40,218 nucleotides of DNA, from IMG/VR virus record IMGVR_UViG_3300038603_000026, positions 1 through 40,218 of that record; one strand, written 5' to 3'. Below are positions 1-8,726 of the stretch, piece after piece. The notes under the pieces were generated by a model that saw only the letters and a program-made list of their open reading frames with translations, had not been told where the DNA came from and did no database searches. The translations under genes were made by a program, and so were the position numbers. Source of the stretch: a virus. Lineage: Duplodnaviria > Caudoviricetes. The first letter of the stretch is position 1, and every line of letters starts with the position of its first letter.

Positions 1-127
1 CAATAGTATTCATTAGAGGCTTTGGGTGATACATCACTTAAAATCATTAAGATAAGTACCAGATAACCACTTTTGCTATTTTCAAACACCTACTCGATAT
101 GCGAAACAGTTTTTAGAGATGTCGCTC
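1..127. repeat. Terminal 127 bp exact overlap (circular assembly), copy 1
   Basis: caatagtatt...gtcgctc is identical to 40092-40218; 127 is a standard assembler k-mer size. Confidence 0.95.
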
Positions 128-287
128 CGATACATCACATCCATGTGGCAACGGGTATTATTGCCGGATATCGTGATTACTATCACCACTAACTCGCTTT
201 GTCCCCGCCTCTAAAGGTCGACACGGTGTGTAGCAATTTCAAATTGTTCGGGTTTGGTAACGCTGTGCAAATCCCGCTAGAAAGCGG

Positions 288-533
288 TTGACTGGAGTGG
301 TTTGTGAAGGGGTTGTATCTGTTGGGTAACTAATCCAAACGCCTATCCTGTTCTCATCTCAGGACTATCGAAGGCACTATGAACCTTGGCTTACATTACT
401 GTCAGATACAAAAAGAGGACTTAGGCGGAGTCTATCTGGTGAAGCTAACAAATGCGTAATGGTGGCACAAATTTGTTACAGATAAACCCTACCTAAATCC
501 TCTAGTCTCTTCGGGCTTCACTCCAAATCAACG
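288..533 (-). ncRNA. Candidate structured RNA / leader, C4- or IsrK-like
   Basis: No ORF. A 24 bp wobble-containing stem (415-438/479-502) is followed by a U-run. The bulged GCUUCAC (439-445) is complementary to 5' GUGAAGC (515-521). The 5' end (519-531) also pairs with 288-299. Confidence 0.6.
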
Positions 534-538
534 CTTAT

Positions 539-567
539 ATTATATCCCCATTTTCACGAATAAGCAA
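539..567 (-). promoter_or_regulatory. Sigma70-type promoter driving the non-coding region
   Basis: TTGCTT-17bp-TATAAT on the - strand. Confidence 0.75.
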
Positions 568-581
568 AAATGGGGTGGGTT

Positions 582-944
582 TTACTTGTTTACATGCTTG
601 TTTTCATGATGGGCGCAATCTAAAACCTTTTCTGTTAGCCAACTTATTGCGTAAGCCCAATGCTCGTTTGTGCCAGTCTTGTCGAAATCAACCCCTTTGG
701 TGTTAAACATAAAATCGACAGCGTGAAAAACCTCATGATTAAGCGTTGGGATTGGTAGTGAGTAATCTTCATGCTCAATGTAAATTGCAATGTCAGTATC
801 GCTCATTATCGCAGTGCAGCCTTCAGTTCTATCACCCAAAACCATACCAAACTTTCGTTTTGCAACATCCTTGCTAAATGATACATAAAACCTCTGACTG
901 TACATTTCGCACACAACTTTGTGGTAAATGTTCATCTCAACCAC
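582..944 (-). CDS. Hypothetical protein with HEXXH metallopeptidase-like motif
   Basis: LNHEVFHAVDF ... NEHWAY. Confidence 0.55.
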   Translation of the reverse strand: MVEMNIYHKVVCEMYSQRFYVSFSKDVAKRKFGMVLGDRTEGCTAIMSDTDIAIYIEHEDYSLPIPTLNHEVFHAVDFMFNTKGVDFDKTGTNEHWAYAISWLTEKVLDCAHHENKHVNK

Positions 945-1864
945 CCATTACCATATAAATACCAATACCATACTTGACCAATAGACAGGCGAATAGCGTG
1001 TAAGCTAAGTTTGTTAGTGCTGTGTTCATAACTTAAGTTCCGCGATGAAATTACCAAGGCAAACAAAAGCCATACCAAGTTGAAAAGCGCATGTTATCAT
1101 TCTATCAGGCTCGACAACGCCAACAGCATGAAGAATAAACGACGTAATTATCACGACAAAACAAATTCCGTAAAAGTATTCCATAATCTACCTCTCCCAC
1201 TCTAATGGCGCTATCTCATCAGCACCGATAATCTGTAAATAATCCGTTACATCATCATGATTGCTAGCGTAAAACTCGCATTGCCCGTCTTCGTTGATGA
1301 CGTCGGTTGTTTCTTCTTGGTTGTTTCTGGTTATGTAGAGTTTCATTTCACGCACTCCATCCAAAGTATACCTCTAACGTAATCACCACCAGCATCAGAG
1401 CAATCAAAGTAACCACGAAGCATAAGGGCTATCGCAATCGTACAAATGAGTGACGCAATAAATAAAAATAGATTCTTACTCATACCAAAAACACCCCCAC
1501 AGCTACGCCTAAACAAAAGGCTATGATTACCGCATCTTTAAATATGTTCAGCATAATCCCAACTCCTTCTCTATCATTCTATTCTCAATATCACTGCGCG
1601 CTTTCTGGCGGTTGATTAGCTTTGGTTTGGTTAGCTTGTCCAGTGTTGTGCGGCGCGGTTTGAACGGCTGTACAATGTAATGCGTTTCAGTTTTAGTTTT
1701 CATAACACGCCCACTCTTTTGTATGATTCAACTTGACGCTTGCGAACTACGCGAGGCTTTTCATTGTTACGCTTTGCCACTTCCCAAACTTTACCCGTAG
1801 GCTCTGAGCCAGTGTTTCCGCCAAATGCGATTGATTTATTTGTGTTTGCTACGTTGTACATCAT
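935..1864 (-). other. Cluster of very small (<60 aa) accessory ORFs, several hydrophobic
   Basis: Back-to-back short ORFs with GGAG/GAGG RBS and overlapping start/stop codons; individual boundaries not all resolved. Confidence 0.5.
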
Positions 1865-1875
1865 GGTTGCTTCCT

Positions 1876-2265
1876 CTATCTATACCAATCATTAAATGTG
1901 TAATGAATTTCTCTACTAACATCCGCGTTAAGCTCGCCCTTGAATCTTGCAACAAGCTTAACGACCTCTTTGCTATTTAAATTTAGCTTATCGCCAATCT
2001 CAGATGCACTAACAGTCCCTTTCTCTTGAAATAGGTCAGCAAGTTGAATTAACTTTGGTTTTTCTGTTTTAACTTCTCCAGTTGGATTTAGTATCCACAC
2101 ACCCTTTCTAACCTTGTGTATGCTTTCGTACTTTCTGTGAAGGTAGTAAAGCACTCTCGCAACATGAACGCGACTAACACCGATTGCCTCGGCAACCATT
2201 TGATTACTTACGCGACAGCCCTCTTGAGATTGCAAGTAGGACATAGCTCTTTCGTTATGTGTCAT
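1876..2265 (-). CDS. Tandem winged-HTH DNA-binding protein
   Basis: SNQMVAEAIGVSRVHVARVL and SASEIGDKLNLNSKEVVKL HTH patterns. Confidence 0.7.
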   Translation of the reverse strand: MTHNERAMSYLQSQEGCRVSNQMVAEAIGVSRVHVARVLYYLHRKYESIHKVRKGVWILNPTGEVKTEKPKLIQLADLFQEKGTVSASEIGDKLNLNSKEVVKLVARFKGELNADVSREIHYTFNDWYR

Positions 2266-2663
2266 TTCTTAACTCTCTCTATCTTAAATGCTCTCTCTGA
2301 ACCTCTGCCGTATGCCTGAACCTTTGCCATGCCTAAGTCTTTTAATCGCTTAATTGAGCAATGGATAGCGTGTCTGTCGCGGTTTAATATCTCTGATATC
2401 TCATCTAGTGACCACCATTCCCCAGTGTCGGCAACCAAATCCAAAACGTACTCATAAGCAAACTTTGCTCTAGGTTGGTGGTACTTTGGCAAGTAATAGT
2501 GCCTTGTGTCACCGTGACCAATCTTTTGCGCTGGCGTACCGCTTCTTGTTAGCTCATTGATTGCATCGCGTATCTGGTTTTCTGTTAGCCCAGTTAGTGA
2601 AACAATTTCACCCTTTGTACGAGGCTCTGTTATTACCTCTAGCACTCTAGCTACTATTCTCAT
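2262..2663 (-). CDS. Tandem winged-HTH DNA-binding protein
   Basis: TKGEIVSLTGLTENQIRDAINEL and SLDEISEILNRDRHAIHCSIKRL. Confidence 0.7.
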   Translation of the reverse strand: MRIVARVLEVITEPRTKGEIVSLTGLTENQIRDAINELTRSGTPAQKIGHGDTRHYYLPKYHQPRAKFAYEYVLDLVADTGEWWSLDEISEILNRDRHAIHCSIKRLKDLGMAKVQAYGRGSERAFKIERVKK

Positions 2664-2824
2664 TTTTTGACCACCTTCTTATGCATTGCCAGCACAGCAG
2701 AGTGAACAACATCAGCCTTACTTACCTTACCGATAACATCAGGCTTATCCTGCATAACTTCAGCAATCTCATCGATTAGCTTATGAGTTGCTTTATGTAG
2801 TGACGCTTGTTTATGGTTTGACAT
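2660..2824 (-). CDS. Small ribbon-helix-helix-like regulator (54 aa)
   Basis: AGGAG RBS before the ATG at 2824; KQASLH...SKADVVHSAV pattern; first gene after a promoter. Confidence 0.5.
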   Translation of the reverse strand: MSNHKQASLHKATHKLIDEIAEVMQDKPDVIGKVSKADVVHSAVLAMHKKVVKK

Positions 2825-2853
2825 ATTGACTCCTATTTCGTTGTGTTGAGGTA

Positions 2854-2935
2854 AATTTAGCTTAACCCAATACAAACGTCAATAAATTTATTTTACATTT
2901 TTATATTGACACCAACCACAACCAAAGCCTATGAT
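2854..2935. promoter_or_regulatory. Divergent sigma70 promoter pair with AT-rich spacer
   Basis: - strand TTGACG-17-TAAATT; + strand TTGACA(2906)-18-TATGAT(2930). Confidence 0.65.
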
Positions 2936-2966
2936 TAACCCATCAAAACAAACGAGGATAGATAGG

Positions 2967-3254
2967 ATGAAAAACGCAGATAAACCAGCAAGTCCAGTTT
3001 TAACTTACGAGGACTACGAGTGCTCTGATGGCCTTCCTGCTGGTTACTCGGTAACAAAGCAGCGAGTTGTTAGTCATGGCGGCCTAACAAAGCGCGAGAT
3101 GTTCGCCATGCATGCGATGCAGGGTCTTGTGTCAAATAATATAGAAACAACCAAGCTCTATTTAAGTTCGACTGGTGAGGATGATATTAGCGTTATGTTT
3201 GCAAAAATGTCTGTTGAATTTGCCGATGCACTACTAGCGGAGTTAGATAAATGA
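2967..3254 (+). CDS. Conserved phage hypothetical protein
   Basis: GLTKREMFAMHAMQG motif, common in phage early genes; start moved to the ATG after the RBS. Confidence 0.65.
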   Translation: MKNADKPASPVLTYEDYECSDGLPAGYSVTKQRVVSHGGLTKREMFAMHAMQGLVSNNIETTKLYLSSTGEDDISVMFAKMSVEFADALLAELDK

Positions 3255-3730
3255 AGCATAAGCATTACGAAATGATTGTAGCTAAGGCTGCGAATATGGA
3301 ATTGGTTGTATTTGGAAAATCAAAGGTGGACAAGGCTACTGGTGAGCCTATTGGGTGGTCAATTCTTTGTGAGAGCAATGAGATGAATTGGCTTACTGAT
3401 GAGGGCAGAGAGCTATTTCTCTGCCTACCTCAACACAAAGAGGCTTGCTTGCACTGGCTTAATGGTGGGGAATTGTACATTAACAATGGTAAGGGCCTGG
3501 GTGAAGGTAATTACACTCTGAGCATAGATATACACAATCCACTAGCTGATTTCATAGGCCATCCAGAGTATCAATTCCGCATCAAACCCAAAAAGGAAAA
3601 GCGCTGGATTGCGGTTAATCCATTAACTGGTTCTGTTGAGTTGTTTGGTGATGAGAAGGTGCTTGATAACTGCCTTATTTGCCCTGAATACAAATCACAC
3701 CAGAAAATCGAAATAGAAGTAGAGGTTTAA
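3251..3730 (+). CDS. Hypothetical phage protein
   Basis: 159 aa ORF overlapping the upstream stop; MKHKHYEMI...YQFRIKPK. Confidence 0.7.
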   Translation: MKHKHYEMIVAKAANMELVVFGKSKVDKATGEPIGWSILCESNEMNWLTDEGRELFLCLPQHKEACLHWLNGGELYINNGKGLGEGNYTLSIDIHNPLADFIGHPEYQFRIKPKKEKRWIAVNPLTGSVELFGDEKVLDNCLICPEYKSHQKIEIEVEV

Positions 3731-3798
3731 ATGAAACTACGCATAACAAGACGAATAGGGCCCTATGGTCGTGTTTACGAGTTTAGAGGGAAGAAGAA

Positions 3799-4125
3799 GT
3801 GAGTGATTTACTTAAAGACTTAAAGATAGATTGCGAAAAGGTGATTCAGAATCTGGTTAACACAGGGTGTGATGAAGCTTGGTCTATCATAAAGCTTAAC
3901 AATATGATTCAAGATATTGATGATGCACTAATTGAGAGTTGCATGAATTGCCATGGAAATGAGTATGTAATTGATATTCATGACAACAAGTGGCCTTGCA
4001 GCGAATGTAAACCACAACCAACCATTGCCGACTATCTTGAAGCTAACAAAGAAATGATAGATAAGACTGGGTGCAAGGTTGTTACTGTTGCGAGTTTGAA
4101 AAAGTTTGGAGGTTTGGATGATTAA
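3799..4125 (+). CDS. Hypothetical protein with CxxC zinc ribbon
   Basis: CMNCHG...CSECK. Confidence 0.6.
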   Translation: MSDLLKDLKIDCEKVIQNLVNTGCDEAWSIIKLNNMIQDIDDALIESCMNCHGNEYVIDIHDNKWPCSECKPQPTIADYLEANKEMIDKTGCKVVTVASLKKFGGLDD

Positions 4126-4381
4126 AGCAATATTAAACTCAGCTATTGGTTTGTTTTTCTTTGCGATTTACATGGTGTTAGGTTTGGCGGTTATGGTGCT
4201 GCCAGTTTTGCATAAGGTGTTGTGATGTATATTGAAATAACTGAATCGGTAACGATTGATGAGGGTGTAAATGAAGATGGTGAGATTTGCATTAATGTAA
4301 TAGGTGCTCACGAAGAATCTTACGCATACTTAACAAGAGAGGATGTAGAAAAGATACTGTCTATATTTGACCAGTAAAATC

Positions 4382-4408
4382 AAGCCCTCAACTAAGAGGG
4401 CTTTTTTT
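4382..4408. terminator. Rho-independent terminator between convergent genes
   Basis: aagccctc-aactaa-gagggctt followed by a T-run. Confidence 0.8.
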
Positions 4409-4979
4409 ATGAGCGAGGCAAGTCTAATTCGCCTTCATACCACGTTAGCAAGCTTGTGATATCTTGCGGTTGTGTATCAAGCGATGTTAGGCGTAGTAGG
4501 TAGGCTGTGTTTGGCTTGAGAATCTTCTCACGACCAACAACTGTACCTGTCACGCCTTTACCTTGGTTTGACTGGTTGCCAATAAGATGTTCAGGTGCGA
4601 ATGCTAGAGTTCCATCAGCTGTAATTGTTGCGCCAACAATGATTTGAGATTCACCAACAACTGGATTGATTCGCGTTGCGTTCTGGTAATCAGCTTCAGT
4701 TCCGCCTGAGTAAGTTGGAGCCTCGTAGATAAATGTGCTAACACCACCACCAGTGTAACTAACAACGCGGCCTTTTAGTGAAACAGGCTTTGAGCCAGTT
4801 AGAAAGATTGTGTCGTTATCTGCTCCAGCAGGAACACCAACCAGAAGCGTAGAGCCTTCGTGTTGTGCACCAAGCTTTGAGTTGGCCTCTACATAGGATT
4901 GCACGGTAATAGCGCGCATTCCTTCATATAGGCCTTCCGGAGTTTGCAACTCCTTGAGTAAGTCATTTCTTGTTACCAT
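4407..4979 (-). CDS. Putative virion structural / decoration protein
   Basis: 190 aa, beta-rich and Gly/Thr-rich, strong AAGGAG RBS, downstream of the capsid gene. Confidence 0.5.
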   Translation of the reverse strand: MVTRNDLLKELQTPEGLYEGMRAITVQSYVEANSKLGAQHEGSTLLVGVPAGADNDTIFLTGSKPVSLKGRVVSYTGGGVSTFIYEAPTYSGGTEADYQNATRINPVVGESQIIVGATITADGTLAFAPEHLIGNQSNQGKGVTGTVVGREKILKPNTAYLLRLTSLDTQPQDITSLLTWYEGELDLPRS

Positions 4980-5016
4980 GGTTAAATCTCCTTATGAATA
5001 CCATGTAAGAGTATAC

Positions 5017-5046
5017 AAAAAAGCCCCCTAATGTAAGGAGGCTTTT
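5017..5046 (-). terminator. Terminator after the capsid operon
   Basis: aaaagcc...ggctttt hairpin with a T-run on the - strand. Confidence 0.65.
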
Positions 5047-5048
5047 GG

Positions 5049-5225
5049 TTAGTCTGATTTGCGCTTACGCTTTGGCTTTTCTGCACCTAACGCAACCGCT
5101 TTATCAGTGTAGTATTTATCACCGCTTATGATTTTAGCGCCTTTAAAGTTTACCTTTGAGAAAGTAAAGGGATGAACTTCAATCTCGACGCCAGAAGATA
5201 AGCGGCACTTTAGCACCGCTTCCAT
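5049..5225 (-). CDS. Small basic-tailed protein after the capsid gene (58 aa, not in the ORF track)
   Basis: MEAVLKCRLSSGVEIEV...KPKRKRKSD; AGGTG RBS. Confidence 0.6.
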   Translation of the reverse strand: MEAVLKCRLSSGVEIEVHPFTFSKVNFKGAKIISGDKYYTDKAVALGAEKPKRKRKSD

Positions 5226-5232
5226 AAGCCAC

Positions 5233-6186
5233 CTACAGAGTTGTTACACGTACGCCAGCCGTATCTTTAAGGCCAAGGTTAGTTACGCGAGACCAGTTAG
5301 CAGGAAGAGCGATAGCTGCGTCGTTAGGCTTAGTTACAGCGGTGTTCCATGTGTAACCTTTAACTCCTAAGCCAAATGTAGCCTCAACCTTCATTAGCTG
5401 CTTGGCATTCTCTTCGGTTAGCTCAGTGGTATTATATACGCGCATGTCACCTTGGTCTTCTACAGCTAGACCACCAGCAACCAAACCAAGTTGGTGATAG
5501 TTCTCTGTGCCGCCGTTATCAAAATGAAGAGCATCTGAGTCGGTCATGATTAGAGGTCGACCAAAGCCGTCAGACATAACCTGAACATTACCAAACTCAA
5601 ATAGACGGTTAGAGTTAGCAAGAGCATTGCCGTAAATGTCATTCATTGACTTAGAGTGCATTACCCAGCAAACAATTGAGCTTTGACGGTCGCCAAACTT
5701 AGCAGCACCAAGGTTTAGAGACTCAAGTGATGCGGTTCCGGCGGTGCCGTCGTAAATAACATCTGCATCATCAATTGAAGCAACACCAGCCGCTAGAATT
5801 GAGTTTAGATGGTAAGCCATTGCACCTTCAGCCATTGCTTCACCAAAAGCGGTACCAGCAATAGATGGATCGCGTTGAGTGTAGTCAAATGCAGTGTTGG
5901 TGTAAGAAATGTTTGGAGTACCCAAACCAACTTTAACCTCAACTTGCAAAAGTTCCGTTAGCGCATGCTCGGTAGCTGCTGCTGTAGATGATGCATCACG
6001 GTTGCCAACTAGAGATGCAAGGTTTTCAAACTGAGACTTTGACTTGTAGTCGCCAGAAAAACCAGCCACGCGCATTTGAATTGCGTTACGTGTAGCAGCA
6101 TTAAACAGATTTACGTTTTGCTGGTACGTGGTAACAAATGAATTGTAAGCGTATTCGTTGAATACTTGAAAATCGCCTAATGCCAT
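5233..6186 (-). CDS. Major capsid protein
   Basis: 317 aa, follows the scaffold gene; VCWVMHSK, GRPLIMTD and GVKGYTW motifs typical of HK97-fold capsids. Confidence 0.9.
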   Translation of the reverse strand: MALGDFQVFNEYAYNSFVTTYQQNVNLFNAATRNAIQMRVAGFSGDYKSKSQFENLASLVGNRDASSTAAATEHALTELLQVEVKVGLGTPNISYTNTAFDYTQRDPSIAGTAFGEAMAEGAMAYHLNSILAAGVASIDDADVIYDGTAGTASLESLNLGAAKFGDRQSSIVCWVMHSKSMNDIYGNALANSNRLFEFGNVQVMSDGFGRPLIMTDSDALHFDNGGTENYHQLGLVAGGLAVEDQGDMRVYNTTELTEENAKQLMKVEATFGLGVKGYTWNTAVTKPNDAAIALPANWSRVTNLGLKDTAGVRVTTL

Positions 6187-6190
6187 AATA

Positions 6191-6862
6191 TTAACCTATT
6201 CTTTGGATTGGATTGTTTCTTAGATATTCAGCCTTTTGCTCTAGCGTCATATCACGATATTGCGTACCAGAAGGAGCCTGACCCCCAGAGTTACCGCTTG
6301 CACCGATACCCTTAGTATCAGGGGCTTTCATCATTCCTGACCATGTAGGGTCTGTTTTTGCAAACTCTTTAAAATCAGCAGTGCTGTTAAATTCCTTATC
6401 GCCATGACGGATGGTTACTTTCTTTTGACCATCTTCGCCATAGCTAACTTCTGTATTTGCAGTCAATAAAGCTTGCGCCGCCGGTGTGAAGTTTTCATGA
6501 ACACCTCGCATGATGTCAGAATGAACTTCAGATAAATCTCGCTGCTTAAGTGCATTTTGTGCTGTTTCCGCTTGAAGCTTCATCTCTGCTGTAGTGTTGG
6601 CTAGTTGCTCCTCATAGTGAGCCTTTAAGCCGTCCATATCACCAACAGCCTTAAGTCGAGCCTCTTCTTTATCAGCTGCAAGTTTGCGTGCCTCTTCTGC
6701 TGCTCGCTCACTTTCGCCAATCTCACCTTTAAATCTGTTAGCTTGATTCATCCAATCATCGCGACTGTCTTTCAAACCTTTTTCATTTGCTGAAACCATC
6801 TCAGCAATTTCTTCTGGAGTCTTATCGGCAAAGTCTGCCGCTGTAAGTTCCTTATAGCTCAT
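6191..6862 (-). CDS. Capsid scaffolding protein
   Basis: Coiled-coil, Gly-rich linker, C-terminal MTLEQKAEYL; sits between minor head and capsid genes. Confidence 0.85.
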   Translation of the reverse strand: MSYKELTAADFADKTPEEIAEMVSANEKGLKDSRDDWMNQANRFKGEIGESERAAEEARKLAADKEEARLKAVGDMDGLKAHYEEQLANTTAEMKLQAETAQNALKQRDLSEVHSDIMRGVHENFTPAAQALLTANTEVSYGEDGQKKVTIRHGDKEFNSTADFKEFAKTDPTWSGMMKAPDTKGIGASGNSGGQAPSGTQYRDMTLEQKAEYLRNNPIQRIG

Positions 6863-6941
6863 TCTGCACCTCATGCATTAATTTTATGTGCGACCTGACC
6901 GCACGGTGTAATTATAACATTCGTAAAGCGAAGTTTACAAA

Positions 6942-8051
6942 TTACTGTTTAACAGACCTAATTAATCTACCTAGTTCATTATCTTTCTTTTGCATTTCGG
7001 TCAATGTTAATGGTTTAAGGTTTTTCTCATCTATTGTCATCTTGGCGAATGAATCGGGAGTGATTGAACCCTCTTTGATGCCTTTGCGGAATGCTTTGCC
7101 TAAAGTTGGGCCCATAATGGCGTCTTGTGAGGCTGCATCTAGATTTTTCATTGCTTCGTAGTAGGTTTTCTTGCTCGACGTAGTGCCAGGTTCAAGCAAT
7201 CCACTTTCAGCGTCGCGAAAGTTTTCCGGCCTTTCTCCGCCATCGTCTTCGTGTTTATAGCGTGAGTCGACTTCGGGTATGTTTGCTGTCCTGCAATTTG
7301 GATGGAATGGTGCAAATGCCTTTCGATAGTTCGGGTCTGTTTTTAAAACAACTGTATTATCGATACCTCGGCAATACTGCGAAGTCTGACTATCTAAAGT
7401 TGCAATTCTGCGCGTCCCAATAACAATTGGTTCTTTAGCAAAGTAAGTCTCACGGGCAATGTTTGCATAGTGGTTGGTTCCGGTCTTTGCGATTGCTTTA
7501 GCTTGCTTGCGAGTCTTAACCACTCGATTATCAACTTCAGACATAACCTTCGCTGCAATCTCTCGCGTAGTTGTGCCGCTTACAAAGCCTTGAGCAACGA
7601 TGTTATCTATTTGCTCTCTATTCTGCCTAACGTAGTTGTTAAGCATCTGCGTGTAAGATGTGTAAGAGTCATCACCAAGCTTAATTAGAGTGTTGTTAGC
7701 GTTTGTGCGGATAACTGACTTAGACACAGCAGCAGCTTCTGTGGCTTGGTATAGACTGGATATGGTTTTAGCTTGAAAGTCTGCCTCATAGCTTCCTAGG
7801 TCTGCATTGTTTGCCTTTAGAGAATCCGTATAGCCTTTCAGCTCCTCAGTAACAATGTCAGCAATATCACTGAGTAACTTCTCACGACGGTTAGGTGTTA
7901 GATTTTTGCCGACCTCACGATTAATGCGAGCACTAATGCGCTCGCTCATTGAATCGATAAATGGTTTCGACTCGTTACCATATTGCGCAGCTAGGCGCTG
8001 TATATAAACGCCATGCTGAGCCTCAATAGCTGTTAGCTCCTCGTTAATCAT
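6942..8051 (-). CDS. Minor head / head morphogenesis protein (SPP1 gp7 / Mu F family)
   Basis: ATLDSQTSQYC ... PFHPNCRT motif. Confidence 0.9.
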   Translation of the reverse strand: MINEELTAIEAQHGVYIQRLAAQYGNESKPFIDSMSERISARINREVGKNLTPNRREKLLSDIADIVTEELKGYTDSLKANNADLGSYEADFQAKTISSLYQATEAAAVSKSVIRTNANNTLIKLGDDSYTSYTQMLNNYVRQNREQIDNIVAQGFVSGTTTREIAAKVMSEVDNRVVKTRKQAKAIAKTGTNHYANIARETYFAKEPIVIGTRRIATLDSQTSQYCRGIDNTVVLKTDPNYRKAFAPFHPNCRTANIPEVDSRYKHEDDGGERPENFRDAESGLLEPGTTSSKKTYYEAMKNLDAASQDAIMGPTLGKAFRKGIKEGSITPDSFAKMTIDEKNLKPLTLTEMQKKDNELGRLIRSVKQ

Positions 8052-8631
8052 TAAACCTCTCCATTATGGCAGATGCAATTCTTTGGTCTGTTATTTCTGA
8101 GCACAGCTTTTTTGCATAAGAAAGCTTCTTAACCCTCCAGGCCTCATGCGCAGAGTTTGGGTCCTTATATATGCCAATATATTCTTTTATTCCAGTGTCA
8201 GGATTGCTACACGATGCAGTATAGTAAACGCCATCACTGTGCAACGCTACACCTATAGGCAGCTTCCCTCTTGCTCTTCCGTGGTCATTTAGGAATCTGT
8301 TTAGTGATTTCGGAACAAATGCACATGTCTCTGGTGAATAAATCTTTTCACTTCCTGAGAGTATGTCTTTATCAAGCTCCATACCTTTCCAGTCTTGCTT
8401 TTCCATCCACAACTTAAAGTTAGAAAATGTGAGCCACTCATCGCAAACTTTACATCCTGCATAGGTTGGGTTTTTCTTGTTTGTCTTTTTGTTGTAGCAC
8501 CTTTCAAGCATTGATTTCCATCTAAAATAAAATGGACACCTAACTTGCTTACGTTTTCCGTCGACAACAACCGTAGGTGCTACTTTGTAGTCGGCGTCAT
8601 TAATGCCAACTCCGTGAACCAATCTTTTCAT
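8044..8631 (-). CDS. HNH-type homing endonuclease with C-terminal AP2-like DNA-binding domain
   Basis: WKSMLERCY...YAGCKVCDEWLTFSNF...LDKDIL...YSPETCAFVP...N; GAGGG RBS before the ATG at 8631. Confidence 0.85.
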   Translation of the reverse strand: MKRLVHGVGINDADYKVAPTVVVDGKRKQVRCPFYFRWKSMLERCYNKKTNKKNPTYAGCKVCDEWLTFSNFKLWMEKQDWKGMELDKDILSGSEKIYSPETCAFVPKSLNRFLNDHGRARGKLPIGVALHSDGVYYTASCSNPDTGIKEYIGIYKDPNSAHEAWRVKKLSYAKKLCSEITDQRIASAIMERFND

Positions 8632-8663
8632 ATCTATACCCTCATAGATTCCCGAATTGAAGA

Positions 8664-8718
8664 TTGAGGCAACACGCTTCGGGTGTGACATGCTTTCAGC
8701 CGCTAAACCTAGCCTCAA
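8664..8718 (-). promoter_or_regulatory. Structured RNA leader of the HNH gene
   Basis: Closing stem ttgaggc/gcctcaa with two internal hairpins; loop cccgaa is complementary to ttcggg just upstream of the RBS. Confidence 0.5.
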
Positions 8719-8726
8719 CATAAATA

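Noticed and set aside
1-127. Biological direct terminal repeat
   Set aside because: The length equals a common assembler k-mer (127), and the terminase type suggests headful packaging, so it is most likely a circular overlap.
1-540. tRNA gene or retron msr/msd
   Set aside because: No cloverleaf with a T-loop consensus was found, and no reverse transcriptase is present in the genome.
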